DNA from: the human T2T-CHM13v2.0 reference genome, Homo sapiens
Strand: one strand, 5' to 3'
Assembly (NCBI RefSeq): GCF_009914755.1
Contig: NC_060937.1
DNA: 64,000 bases
Shown here in pieces: positions 1-13,265 of this stretch. A program made the translations under genes and the position numbers. The notes under the pieces are model-generated. The model did not search any database, was not told where the DNA came from, and worked only from the letters and a program-made list of their open reading frames with translations. Numbering within the stretch: the first letter of the stretch is position 1; each line of letters starts with the position of its first letter.

Positions 1-130
1 TTTTTGTATTTTTAGTAGAGACAAGGCTTCACCATGTTGGTCAGGCTGATCTCGAACTTCTGACTCATGATCTGCCCACCTCAGCCTCCGAAAGTGCTGG
101 GATTACAGGCGTGAACCACTGCACCCAGCC
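1..130 (-). mobile_element. Alu (partial, left arm)
   Basis: tttttgtatttttagtagag...aaagtgctgggattacaggcgtga. Confidence 0.95.
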
Positions 131-1741
131 TGTTTCCATATCATTAAGACAGTGGTGCCAAACTGCCCTGGTAGTCGTCATACTCTTCGCTGCACTCAGA
201 GGGAAAAAAGAAAACCAGTTTTACATAAGAAGGTCCTTGATGAAACAGTAAAAAGTATCAATTTTATTAAATCCCAACTTGAGTCTGCATCTTTTTAATA
301 TTCTGTGTGAGGAAACAGGAGGTGGGTATAAAGTGCTTTTGCTACAGACCTAAGGTATGAAGATGGCTTTAAGGAAAACCATGTATGTGATTGTTTGAGT
401 TGCAGACTGACTTATCTACTTTTTTAATGGAACATCATGAACTGACAATGGTTAGTTAGACTTGGATATTTGGCAGATATTTTCTTGAAAATATAGTGAA
501 CCTGTCACTTTCAGATAAACAACTGACAGTATTTGTTGCCAGTGATAAAATTTGAGCTATCAAGTGAAAATTAGAATTTTGGAAAACTCATATTCTCTAT
601 TATGAGCCTGACAGCATCTCACCACTTAGACTCTTTTGATGGGATTGGTGGTGATATTAATGAACGGGATTTTTTTTAATATTGTAAAATCAGTAAATCA
701 TTGTTTTCCGGATGACCAATGCACAATGCTACAAAATCATGCATGAGTAAAAGCCATTCTAAGTGCAAGACAGACCAACGGACTTTAACGTAACAGTTCA
801 AAAAGTTTGTTGATATGGTTTCAGATTCTACATTGTAACTAACCTTTAAGAAACTATCCCTTGTCAAATTTTTATGTAGTGCCAAAGAAGAATATTCACA
901 AGTATCTGAAATGGCTGTTAAAATACTCCTTTTTCAACCACATATCTATATGAGGCCAGATAATTTTCGTATACTTCAATGAAAACAACATATTGCAACA
1001 GATTGAAAACAGAAGCAAATTTGAGCATCCAGTTGTCTTCTATTAAGCCAAATTTTTTTTTTTACAAAGCAAGTTACTTTATTAGAATTTTAAACAATGT
1101 ATAAGTGATGGAATCATTCTAACAACACATCTATTCACTGCTTACAATTCCAACCAATTTCAGTTCTCTGATATCTAATGACAAGAGCGAAGACCTGTTA
1201 AAGTTCCTTCCACCAGTAAAACCCACAGCTCAAAGTTGTGGGAGTGATTAACTGAGCCATAGGCCTTCATTCACATGTTTACCACATTAAAATACCACAC
1301 AGTGTTTTCTTATAAGGTCAACCACCTGGGAACTAATTAACATTAGCATTAAGATTTAAATAAACTGTTAGGCACAGGGCTAGATCAGGCATTATAAAAC
1401 CCTGTGGTTCCCTAGTCAAGTCACACAAATCCCCAAATATTTTAGCTTGTAACAGTTTTGTCCTTCCTCTCTTGAGACAATTATTTGGGTACTTGCTTTT
1501 GGCAATAACGTAATTCACAATGGAAGTTTCCTAACTGTGATGGTGCTTTAGGCAACTTCGGAGAATGAAGATAGAAATTATGCATGATTATATAACATGA
1601 AGAGTTTAATTTCTATTACACACTCAATTTCCATGCCCTGATTTCTCTTAACTCTATAAACACATGTAAATCTTCTGCAGAGCTTTAAAGAGCTCTGAAA
1701 GGGAAAACACCTTTCCATATATGGAATTGATAGCATAGTAC

Positions 1742-2040
1742 AGGTCAGGCGCAGTGGCCCACACCTGCAATCCCAACATTGTGAGGCCAGTGGGAGGACC
1801 ACCTCAGGTCAGGAGCCCAAGACCAGCCTGGGCAACATAGCGAGACCCCATCTCTACCAAAAAAAAAAAAAAAAAAAAGAGCTGGGTGTGGTGGTGCACA
1901 CCTGCAATCACAGCCAATCTGGAGGCTGAGGCAGGAGGATTGGTAGAGTATGGGAGTTAGAAGTTACAGTGAGCTATGATGTCACCACTGCACTCCAGCT
2001 TGGGTGACAGACTGGTCTCTATTTAAAAAAAAAAAAAAAG
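1742..2040 (+). mobile_element. Alu (old, J-like)
   Basis: Dimeric Alu with A-rich linker and tail; diverged. Confidence 0.93.
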
Positions 2041-2099
2041 GTATAGTGATACACTATTAATTCCATGTATGCTAATATGAGATAGCATCCATATAAACT

Positions 2100-2340
2100 A
2101 CTATCAAGTCTTTATGTGCCAGCTACTGTAATAAGTCTTCTCAAGTTTAACTCACTGAATTCATAATGAATTATGAGGTAGCTACCATTATTTCCCCCAT
2201 TTTACAAATAGGGAAACTGAGGCTGGGAGACATTATTTAACTTGCCCAAGTTTCTAAAGCCAGTTACTGGCAGAACTGGTATTTGAACCTACTTAATCTG
2301 ATTCTAGAGCCTGTGCTATATAAACTCTTACCCACTATGC
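2100..2340 (-). mobile_element. MIR
   Basis: Core cccattttacaaatagggaaactgaggct...aacttgcccaag. Confidence 0.85.
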
Positions 2341-4332
2341 TATGCTATTCATTAGTATCCATTTAACAATTACTACTATTGCAATAGCTGCAATTATCAC
2401 TCCTATAGTACAGGGGAATCTATCAAAGAAACACTCAGCTTTCACTTATCTATTTCTGAAAACATTTTTTATTAAAGTATAAGGTGCATTTCACTGATCT
2501 ATTTTTATAATTGTCAATTTATTTAAGTACTTTGATTATATGATGTAAGAAAAATGTTAGAAATGTCTTCTGGAATTAACCAGAACACAATAAATGTGCA
2601 AAAATTAGAATGGAATTTACAGAGTTTATAGGCCACTGAAGCCCATCCATGAAACCCTTCATGAAACTCATTCATGAGGCCAAAGGGCAGAACAAACCCT
2701 CCCTGAAAATCTCAACTGGGCTTTTAGAATTTAAATTTAAATGTCTATACGAATTCTGCTGCTCAGTTTTGTCCTTCCACTCTTCTTAATTTTCCAGTGA
2801 TATTGCTGATAACTATTGTTTTTCCTTTTACTATTAATCCAAATATTAAAGATATTTGTAAAAATTTAAAACAATCTCATTCTTACAAATTTTTGTTTTG
2901 GAAAATAGTTTTTTTCATAAAGCTAATGTTATTTATATTAATGTATAACAGATTATTGTTATTTTTAATGAATTAATAAATATTTTAAATTTTGTTTTAA
3001 TTTTCAAGTACAGTAAATATCAGTAGATATATTCCACATAAATAAAAGCTTTTTGGGGTCCTCAATAATTTTTAAGAGTGTTAAGGAATCCTGAGATCAA
3101 AAAATTTGAGAAACTCTGCTTTAGCATTTGCCACTAATACACAAATATCTGTCTAAAGAGGATTTTTCCCCTCTTGAATCAGGATTACTGGGAGCAGCTA
3201 AGATGCCTAGATGAAAGGTTTACCATCACTGCTGGTTAGGAAATGGATTATGAGAACTCGAACAGAGGGAAGGTGAAATGCAACCGGAGGAAACACTCTG
3301 ATATGAGGTTTGAGGCCTTCAAAATTGCTTTGCAGCATAAGCCACAGTGAGTCAGGAGTACCAGGGAGTGGATAGAATGTTTATTTGTTTAACTGAGACT
3401 TTTTAGTTCATCAATTATTTTGAAGGGTAGAACACTCTGTGGGCTCTCTTTCTATTTGCTTCTGGGTACAATCACAAAAAAAAAATCTCTCCTAGCTGAA
3501 ATTACATGCAGTACTAGCAAAGGGGTCTCTTTGTTATAAACTGTTCATTAATTGACGAACATTTGTGTACTTAACTATGTATAAGGCATCTCATCGTTCA
3601 ATTTCAAATACAAATTAAAATATTTTTTCACATTTGTTATCCTGTTATGTTTTCTCTTTTACAAATTGTCTGTTCGTATCTTTTTGTCTCTCTTTAGGCC
3701 TTATTCTTGTCAATTCATATGTGCTCTAATGAATTGAAATATTTTCTGTATATTAAACATTACTAACCTTTCCTCTGTCACACTGATTGAAAAATGATCT
3801 ATTTAGTTTGTTGTTTTGTCTTTAATTTTGTAAGCTTTAAAAAGTTAATATTGCCCTTCAGACACCATCCCAACATCACATAAGAATTTTTTCATGTTAT
3901 AAATTCTTTGTGGACATATTTGATAACTGTTTTATTATGAGGAGGACCATAATTAATTCAACCATTCCCCTATTTTGGTCATTTAGGTTTTTGGGTTTGG
4001 GTTTTTTGTTTGTTTAACGTCTTTGCTTGCTATTTTAAAGAATGCTGCACTAAATGTGCATGCATGAGATTTCTTCTCTGTATTTAGAATATTTTCCTAG
4101 AATGGATTCTCAGAAGAATTCTCAGTCTGTGGAGAGGAACATTTTTAATGCATGGAAGAGGTATTTATTCCAGATAGAAAACTAGGCAATATTAGTTGTT
4201 CCCTGTAAGATTTTAAAAAACAGCCATGGCACCATGGAGGACTCTTCGAGTATATAGTTTTAGCGCTGGGCTTTGGGATCACACTTCACAACACCAGTAA
4301 CTCCACAAATGCATTCCTAGAGGCTCTGTGAG

Positions 4333-4652
4333 AGGCTGGGTAACTTTTTCTTGAAAAGGCCAGATAATAAATATTTTAGACTTTGCAGGCCGTGTGGTGT
4401 CTGTCACAGCTACTCAACTCTGCCACACGAAAGCACCCAAAGACTATATAAGTGAATGGGTGTGTCTGTGTTTCAATAAAGGTTTATTTATGGATACTGA
4501 AATTTGAATTTCTGACAGTTCGATGTGTCACAAAATGTTCTTTTGATTTGTCCAACTATTTTAAAATGTAAAACCCATTCTTAACCTGTGAGCTGTACAA
4601 AGACTGGCAGTGGACTGGATTTGGCCTGTGGGTGGTAGTTTGCCAACCCTCA
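4333..4652. mobile_element. MER58-like hAT MITE
   Basis: aaaaggccagataataaatattttagactttgcaggcc...gtagtttgccaaccct. Confidence 0.75.
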
Positions 4653-4793
4653 GGCTATATAATAGGTGACTTGGTAATAGACATTTATTATATTGAGGGT
4701 TCTAGATATACTGCAATGATAGGGTGGATTTTATAATGAAAACCCTAAATTCAGCATGTATCTCATAATTACCTTTCGTATTTTGTATTTCAG

Positions 4794-5363
4794 CTGGAGT
4801 TAACCGAATTTCATACTGGCCTGCTGATCCAGAAATAAGTTTGCTTACGGAGGCTTCTAGTTCTGAAGATGCAAAGTTAGATGCCAAAGCAGTGGAAAGA
4901 TTGAAGTCAAACAGTCGGGCCCATGTGTGTGTCTTACTTCAACCTTTGGTGTGTTATATGGTGCAGTTTGTAGAGGAGACCTCTTACAAATGTGACTTTA
5001 TTCAAAAAATTACAAAAACATTGCCGGATGCTAACACTGACTTTTATTATGAATGTAAACAAGAAAGAATAAAAGAATATGAAATGTTATTTTTGGTTTC
5101 AAATGAAGAAATGCATAAGCAAATACTGATGACTATAGGTTTGGAGAACCTGTGTGAAAATCCATACTTTAGCAATCTAAGGCAAAACATGAAAGACCTT
5201 ATCCTACTTTTGGCCACAGTAGCTTCCAGTGTGCCGAACTTTAAACACTTCGGATTTTACCGTAGCAATCCAGAACAGATTAATGAAATTCACAATCAAA
5301 GTTTGCCACAGGAAATTGCAAGGCACTGCATGGTTCAGGCCAGGTTATTGGCATATCGAACTG
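4794..5363 (+). CDS. CDADC1: CDADC1 internal coding exon (570 nt)
   Basis: Acceptor ttttgtatttcag|CT and donor ACTG|gtgagt. Reads (A)GVNRISYWPADPEISLLTEASSSEDAKLDAK...HCMVQARLLAYRT, recognised as CDADC1. Phase 1 at both ends, matching the next exon. Confidence 0.96.
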
Positions 5364-5682
5364 GTGAGTTACATAGATCGTAAATTGGGGCTGATTGGTT
5401 GGGTTGTATTTGTCTCTGAAGTGTTCGTCTCATTTATGGTAGAGTTCATTTACTCATAGTTACTTAAGTTTTGCTGTTCATACAATATAGAGAAGTTAGT
5501 GAGACCCTTGAGTAGACAACTCTTTCTCCCAGCAGTTTTGGGATTCCTTGTAGCCTTATATTCAGTACCACATTTCTACATCAGGCCCTCATTAATCTAG
5601 GCCCTTCTTTCTGCTTCTTGCTTTTATGATTTCACTGTTCCTTGAGCCCTCCACTAAAGGTAGGACAAGAAGAGAAAGGAGA

Positions 5683-5985
5683 GGCCCAGTGCAGTGGTTC
5701 ATGCCTGTAATTGCAACACTTTAGAAGGCTGAGACAGGAGGATCGCTTGAGCTCAGGAGTTCAAGACCAGCGTGGGCAACATAGCAAGACCTCGACTCTA
5801 ACAAAAAAATTAGCTGGGCATGGTGGTGTCTGGTGGTGCGTGCCTATAGTCCCGGCTACTTGGGAGGCTAAAGCAGGAAGATTGCTTGAGCCCAGTAGTT
5901 TGGGGCTGCAGTGAGCTACAATAGCACCACTGTACTCCAGCTCCAGAGACACAGCAAGACTCTATCTCCAAAAAAAGAAAAAGGA
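5683..5985 (+). mobile_element. Alu (J-like)
   Basis: Full dimer with A-rich tail. Confidence 0.93.
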
Positions 5986-7454
5986 GAAAACCAAAATTAT
6001 TCATTTTTGTTAACTCTTCAATATTTTGATGTACTGAATATTTAACAATTTTTAAAAAATCTTTACAATAACATTAATTCAAAATAACTAATAGAATCAA
6101 GGTAAAGGAATGGTGATTATTGCAGATTCTTCCAGTTGCTGGTATGTCTTCAATCAGCAAGTTGAGAAACATTTTTACTGTATTGTATTAAGTTGTATAT
6201 TTGGAAAAGGAAAATATTACTTGGGATTTTTCTTTGTTATGATAAAAGATGGCATCTGTATTTCCAAACATGGAACAATATTATCACATCTTACCTGATG
6301 TAAGATTTCTCAAAGTAGAATCATGATCACTTTTTAAAATGCATCTTTGTGATAAAGGGGAAAAAACATAGACAGGAGGAGCAGTAGAGTAAGATTTGTT
6401 TGGGGAGTGTACTGTAGTAGGATTTAAAAATTATCCCAAGAAAGAAGAGAAAGTCATCAGAAAAGGTCTCTACAGATGCTGCTGGTCTGCAGTAGTCAAC
6501 AGAAGGGAGGTTCTCAGCTGGCAGCAAATAGAATCGCCATTGAAACTTTTATAAAAAGTACAGATGCTATACTTTTTACTTTTATAAAAAGTACAAACCC
6601 CAACCCAGACCTATTAAACCAAGTCCCTAACAAAATATGGCCAAGTTCTATGTTTTTAAAAGTTCCACAAGGTGTTCTGATGTTCGCAGAGTTAATAATT
6701 GCTCAATTCTTCTTAAAGATTTTGATTCTGTAGGCACACATTATATGACCCCAAACAATTGCATTGTGTAAAAGTCTGGTTTCATGTAATTATATTCTAT
6801 TGTGGGTTATATATTTGTTTCTTTGCCAACTCCAGCTTTGTAAAGAATTTTTCTGTAAACCATTCAAAAAGATAGAAAACATAAATGGGAACAGCTGTTG
6901 TAGCTATAATTCACTAATTACCCTTCACTAATTAGAATTCAGCAGAACCCTGCCTGTGTTCCAGAGTAAGAGGGCGATGTGAATCTGCTATTTTACTGGA
7001 TCTTAGTACCTCTTGCTTCTCATAGAACACCTTATCATACCAGCTGTGATTCCAGTGTTTAAAGATGCAGTATGTATACATTTGCATTTATATTGTTTAT
7101 TAGATACTCTACACTACTGTATAGTTATAAGTATATCCACTATTGTGCAGAATTTTGTACATAAAGCCCTGCTTACGCATTTGATGTTCAATTTAAAAGA
7201 TTTTTCAAGGTTAATTGTTGGTGATTTTTTTTTTACATGGAACTCAAATCCTGAATAGGGTGCAACTCCTCTGTCACTCACTCTACTGTGCACTCTTCCA
7301 GGGAAGAAACCATGTCTTAATCATTTTTTCCTTAGCACTAAACACAATGTGCGTTGAATGGATAAAACAAATCTTTTTATCCAAAGATAAAGGGTCCACA
7401 ATCCCTTATGCAAAACTTTTGGAGCCAAATGTAAAGGAATTCAGAATTTTTCCG

Positions 7455-7750
7455 ATTTTATTTTATTTTTTTTGAGACAGGGTTTTACTCTGTTGCCCAG
7501 GCTGAGTGCAGTGGCACTCATGGCTCACTGCAGCCCTCAACCTCTCAGCCTCAAGCAATCCTCCCACATCGACCTCCTGAGTAGCTTGTACTACAGGTGA
7601 ACCACCACCATGTCCAGCCAATTTTTAATTTTTTGTAGATATGTCTCACTGTGTTGCCCAAGCTGGTCTCGAACTCCTTGGCTTAAGCAATCTTCCTGCC
7701 TCAGCCTCCCAAAGTGCTGGGATTACAGGCATGAGCCATCATGCCCAATC
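7455..7750 (-). mobile_element. Alu (J-like)
   Basis: Poly-T followed by gagacagggt...gggattacaggcatgagcc. Confidence 0.93.
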
Positions 7751-8364
7751 CAGATTTTAAAAAGGTAATATGGTACATATACTGTTATATAGGACTCCCA
7801 GTGGCATCTGGGACAGTACCCTGTAATCACATTAATACATACAGAGTGAAAAAAGTAGGAATATTTGCACTAAGAATAATTGAGGGCTATAAATAACTCA
7901 ATTTGGGTCAGATTTGGCCGCAAAATAAGTGCATCAAACTTCAAAAAAACTGGATGTAAAAGATTTCAGATCAGGGACTCTGGACCTGTAATTCTTCCTT
8001 AATGATAAATAATAACAATGACAGTTTATGGAACACCTACTATGTGTCAAGCACTGAGCTTGGTGATTTATATATGTATCTCATTTAACATTGAGGGTAC
8101 TTCAGTAAGGTGGATATCCCTATGATACAGTGCGCTTCCAATTAAGCTTTTAATTTCACATTATTCAGTTTGGTTTGATGACCTCATTTCTCCCTAATTA
8201 ATAGATGAAGATACCATTTCATTTAAAAATGTACATATGATTAAAATGAATTCCAAAACCTCTAACAACAGAGTTCTAAAATGAATTGAAAGTAGTTGCT
8301 TATAATTGCTTTTTGAATGATGAATAAAGAGGATCCATAGAGATGTCATGAAAAGTATGTTACT

Positions 8365-8443
8365 AGCCAGGTGCGGTGGCTCCCGCCTGTAATACCAGCA
8401 CTGGGAGACTGAGGCAGGAGGACTGCTTGAGGCCAGGAGTTCC
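8365..8443 (+). mobile_element. Tail-less Alu 5' fragment
   Basis: gccaggtgcggtggctc...ggccaggagttc between direct repeats aaaagtatgtt(a/t)ctag. Confidence 0.85.
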
Positions 8444-8704
8444 AAAAGTATGTTTCTAGAATACCCGAAGGTAGCAAAAAAGTGGAAAAAAAAGTGTTTA
8501 GACTCTTGGGGAAAAAAGAGCAGGAGGAAGGCATCAAAAATCTTATCTATCTGCTTTAAGTACTGAGTTGTGATCTCTTCATGTCTTGCTTTCTCATCAG
8601 ATTAGGTGTTTTCCAAAGCTAAGGATTATGCCTTCCTCCTGGGCCACAGTACTGATAATGAGAGTAGGCTGGAGTAATCAAGAAAGTTAACTTTTAAAAC
8701 AGAA

Positions 8705-8910
8705 CTCAGTGGTTCTCAGATATGAGTATGCCTGAGAATCAAGGGGGAGCTCAGGAGTAATGCAGATTCCTAAGCCTTGCCTGCCTCTCTCAGAGAGGTT
8801 GATTTAGGGGACTTCCATGGAAGCCAGGAGTTGCCTCTTTTTTTTTTTTTTTAAATTTTAAAAACAAGCATCCAGTAATTTTGATGCAAGAGGACTGTGG
8901 AGCACCTTGG
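8705..8910. mobile_element. MER5-like element
   Basis: cagtggttctca...aatgcagattcct...aacaagcatccagtaattttgatgca. Similar fragments at about 6505-6700 and 31290-31430. Confidence 0.6.
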
Positions 8911-9858
8911 ACACTGACATGACCACAGGATTGGGAGCTAAAATAACCACACCTGTGTTCTAGAACAAAAAGTTCCCCTCTGATTTTCAGTGATCAAAGA
9001 GCCCCAGGAATTTGACTCAATGATTGTAAGTTGACCTTTCCTTCAAAGTTGTACAGAGAAAACCCTGTGAATGACCAGATCATAGGGAGCAATTTCTGTA
9101 AAAATTATAGACATGAAAAGATTTTTGAGAAATTACCTCATCTGTCACCAGCCTTGATGCTGAGTGACATCAAATCTGTTTTATATGGATGAAAATTTAT
9201 TCCTATTTTAAAAGACAAGTAGTAAAGAATATTCTCTTGATGTAACCAACCTTAGCTAGGCAGCAGAGCTGCATGCTGATGGAAAAATCACATTTTTTTT
9301 TCCTCCTAACAAGGTTTAGTCTGTTCCCAGGCTGAAACAGAAAAAGTGGCTTCTGTGACTAAGAAACATAACATTAAAAATATGCAGTGTTGATGGTAGA
9401 AAAGGGGGCTTTTAATATGGAGAATTTTTATTCTGGTTTTTTATTTTTTCATTTTAGATTTATGCATAAATTAAATAAAACTTTAAAGATTTTGGTTTTG
9501 CAGGCAAATATAATCTTATGTTTATAACTTCTGCCACTTACCTTAGAAATGAGCATAAAGCCATTGATTTGTATTCTTGCCCACTCATGTTAAACTCTAA
9601 AGGTCTAGGAAGGAACCCAATTTTGTTTACACCAAAATCCCTTTTCCCTCTACTCTGTAGAAGGAAGTCATCTCGTGCACTCTGCTGTTCAGCCTCATTT
9701 ATTTCCTTCAGAGCACAGCACATAAAGTACTGTTTGTTTCCTTGTTGCTGTTCTCCTTCACCATCCAACTGTAAGTCGTATGAGGAAGGGACTACAGTTT
9801 CCCTCACCACTGCATCCTCAGTTCTCACAGTACTTGGAACATAAGAGGCATTCAATAA

Positions 9859-10170
<312 letters not shown>

Positions 10171-11525
10171 TAAGTTTTAGTCTATTTCTTTGCCTGTTTC
10201 TGCATCTAGAAATGGAAATTTTATCTGCTTTACCTTTAGGGTAAAAATGAGATCATGAATAAACATGTTTAACATAAATTATACAAATGCTTTGTGGTAT
10301 AATTTTGAAAACCAGGGTTTGCTTGAATTTGAGATGGGAAATTTTATTAGAGTATCATAACTGTTTTAAAGTTAACCTCTTAATAAGACATTCATTCTAG
10401 TTTTTAATGCAATTGTGGCACAAATTTTCTTTGTACCTTTACTGGAAAGTAGGTATTTAAAAATGTTATCATTGGAGGGATTCACTTTTAGGAAATTGTA
10501 GGGTGAAACCACGGTTTCAGTTAATCCTCCCCAAAATGAAAATGCCCTAGGGTAAGTTCACAGATAATTGTTATTTTCTACGTGTAAATGTGCCACTTAA
10601 CTACCTTAGTCCCTTATTAAGATTTTGATAAATACTATGGTTTTCATAATTAGTGTAATTTGTCTTAGAAATTTGAAACTCAACATTGTATAGAAGGAAA
10701 AAGTAAATCCTTAATATGTAGAATTTCTATTTTGTTTTTTAATTTTCTGTTTCAGATTAATGGTTTTAAGAAGTACAGCTTTACTTTTGCAAAGGTTTTG
10801 GTTCTACAGGGAAATTATAATCTTATGTTTGTTTATAACTTCTGCTATTTGATTTAGAAATGGGCAAGATGTCATTAACTTGCATTCTTTTTCCCTCAAG
10901 GTAAACTGAAGGTCAAAGAAAGGACAACATTTTGTTTAAATCAGAATTCTCTTCATGTACTTTCTAGCAATAGATAGATAGATAGATCCATAAAGATTTG
11001 TTTATGTTCGTATGAGAAGTTTGAACTTTTTTCTTAGCAAGAACATTTTCATAAGATATATTTTCCATGATTAGAGTATAAATAATGCTGGGAAAAGACA
11101 AATTTGGTTGTTGTGAACAGTTATTACACAAAATCCATTAGTTCTGAAACCTTTATTAAATTTTATCACCTATCAGAAGTAGTTGTTTAGAAACCGGCTT
11201 GTTAATGGAGAATCAATGAAGTTGCACTTAGTTCTGGCTACAGCTTTGAGGGACCTGACTGTGGACACTGCCATTTAGTGGCCTCCACATACATATGTGT
11301 GACTGAGTTGGTAGTGACTCTCTCTAGTTATTTGGTACCTAGCTCCCATATTCCATACTTAAAAGTGTTTATTTTAATACTTTTCTGTAATTAGTGAAGA
11401 TACAAGGATTGCTGCTACATTTATGAAGTATGTTTCAATACAAGTTTTTATTACTTTTGGAAAAATATATTTCTAAAACTAACATATCATAATTTTTACT
11501 GAGTTAAATGCCATATATCTTTCAG

Positions 11526-11575
11526 AGGATCATAAAACAGGAGTTGGGGCAGTCATTTGGGCAGAAGGGAAATCT
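11526..11575 (+). CDS. CDADC1: CDADC1 coding exon (50 nt), EDHKTGVGAVIWAEGKS
   Basis: tcttttcag|AGGAT...AAATCT|gtaagt. Continues the frame from 5363 and carries the deaminase VGAVI strand. Too short to appear in the ORF track. Confidence 0.95.
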
Positions 11576-11661
11576 GTAAGTATGAAAACAATTCTTTAAA
11601 TATTTAACCTGGATTTTGTTTAAACATAGTTCAGTCTTCGGTGCATTACAGGTTACTGACT

Positions 11662-11943
<282 letters not shown>

Positions 11944-12321
11944 TTATGAAGATCTATAAAGATTTGCTCATCCCTCAACAGTTTTCTAGATAGACGCATT
12001 CATTCAGCAAACATTTGTTAAACACTCTCTACAGGTTAGGCACTGTGCCACAGTGAATGCTGGGGATTAAAGATCACATTTTATGGCCTCATAGTTTAGT
12101 GATGGAGATGTAGAAGTAAAATATAACTGATATGTAAGTGTAATTATAACTGATATCATGAGAACATAGAGGAGGAACCTTTGCTTGGAAAAATAAGTAA
12201 ATACTGTTGGTGAATATTATTAATGTTACTAATATAATATTCTTGAAGAATAAGATAATTTCTTCAGACAGAGCAAGTCAATAGGACCAGGAGGATAACA
12301 TGAATATTCTTGGTGAACATT

Positions 12322-12619
12322 CTTTTTTTTTTTTTTTGAGACAGAGTCCCCCTCTGTCACCCAGGCTGGAGTGCAGTGGTGCAATCTTGGCTCACTGCAA
12401 CCTCTGCCTCCTGGGTTCAAGTGATTCTCATGCCTCAGCCTCTTGAATAGCTGGGACTATAGGCATGTACCACCACACCTGGCTCATTTTTGTATTTTTA
12501 GTAGAGATGGGATTTTGCCATGTTGACCAGGCTGGTCTTGAACTCCTGGCCTCAAGCAGTCCACCCTCTTCTGCCTCCCAAAGTGCTGGGATCACAGGTG
12601 TGAGCCACCATGCCTGCCC
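12322..12619 (-). mobile_element. Alu (S-like)
   Basis: Full dimer flanked by tgaacattctt / tgaatattctt. Confidence 0.93.
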
Positions 12620-12922
12620 TGAATATTCTTAATATTAATATTAATAATGTTAAAATTCTTGAAGATTAGGAGGATATCATCAGGCAGAGCAAGTTAATGG
12701 GACCAGGAGAATAACACACAGAGACTGGGGTGAGAGAGAGAATATGGGAAAACGCATTTGATTTGGCACATAGAGTAAGCAACAAAGTGGACGGGACCAT
12801 GAAGAACTCTATATTCCATGTAAAGATTTTGGACTTTATCCTGGCAGTGACATACTATAGCACAGCACTAACCAGTAGAGAGAAAAGGCAAGGCTCAAAC
12901 TGAATTTTAAATTTTCTAGGTG

Positions 12923-13265
<343 letters not shown>

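Larger units (their letters stand above)
1054..2830 (-). pseudogene. Retroposed polyadenylated insert (processed-pseudogene 3'UTR or orphan transduction), source unknown
   Basis: T11 tract at 1053-1063, minus-strand AATAAA at 1078-1083, and TSD ctattaagccaaat (1040-1053) / ctattaatccaaat (2831-2844). Confidence 0.7.
150..3119 (+). mobile_element. Charlie1-like hAT DNA transposon fossil, split by an insert at about 1054-2830
   Basis: Decayed transposase-like DNA (gtccttgatgaaacagtaaaaagtatcaattttattaaa = VLDETVKSINFIK; ggatatttggcagatattttc = GYLADIF) and a Charlie1-type end (cctgagatcaaaaaatttgagaaactctg). Confidence 0.8.

Noticed and set aside
4088-4160. Second possible cassette exon upstream of 4794
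   Set aside because: The donor GAG|gtattt is weak and there are several competing AGs; not supportable from sequence alone.
4841-5383. ORF-track boundaries as real starts and stops (also 15572, 17738, 48205)
   Set aside because: These are exon fragments extended into introns; the true boundaries are the splice sites listed under features.
6545-6595. Repeated near-palindrome acttttataaaaagtac
   Set aside because: Short, AT-rich, imperfect palindrome within a MER5-like fossil; likely slippage.
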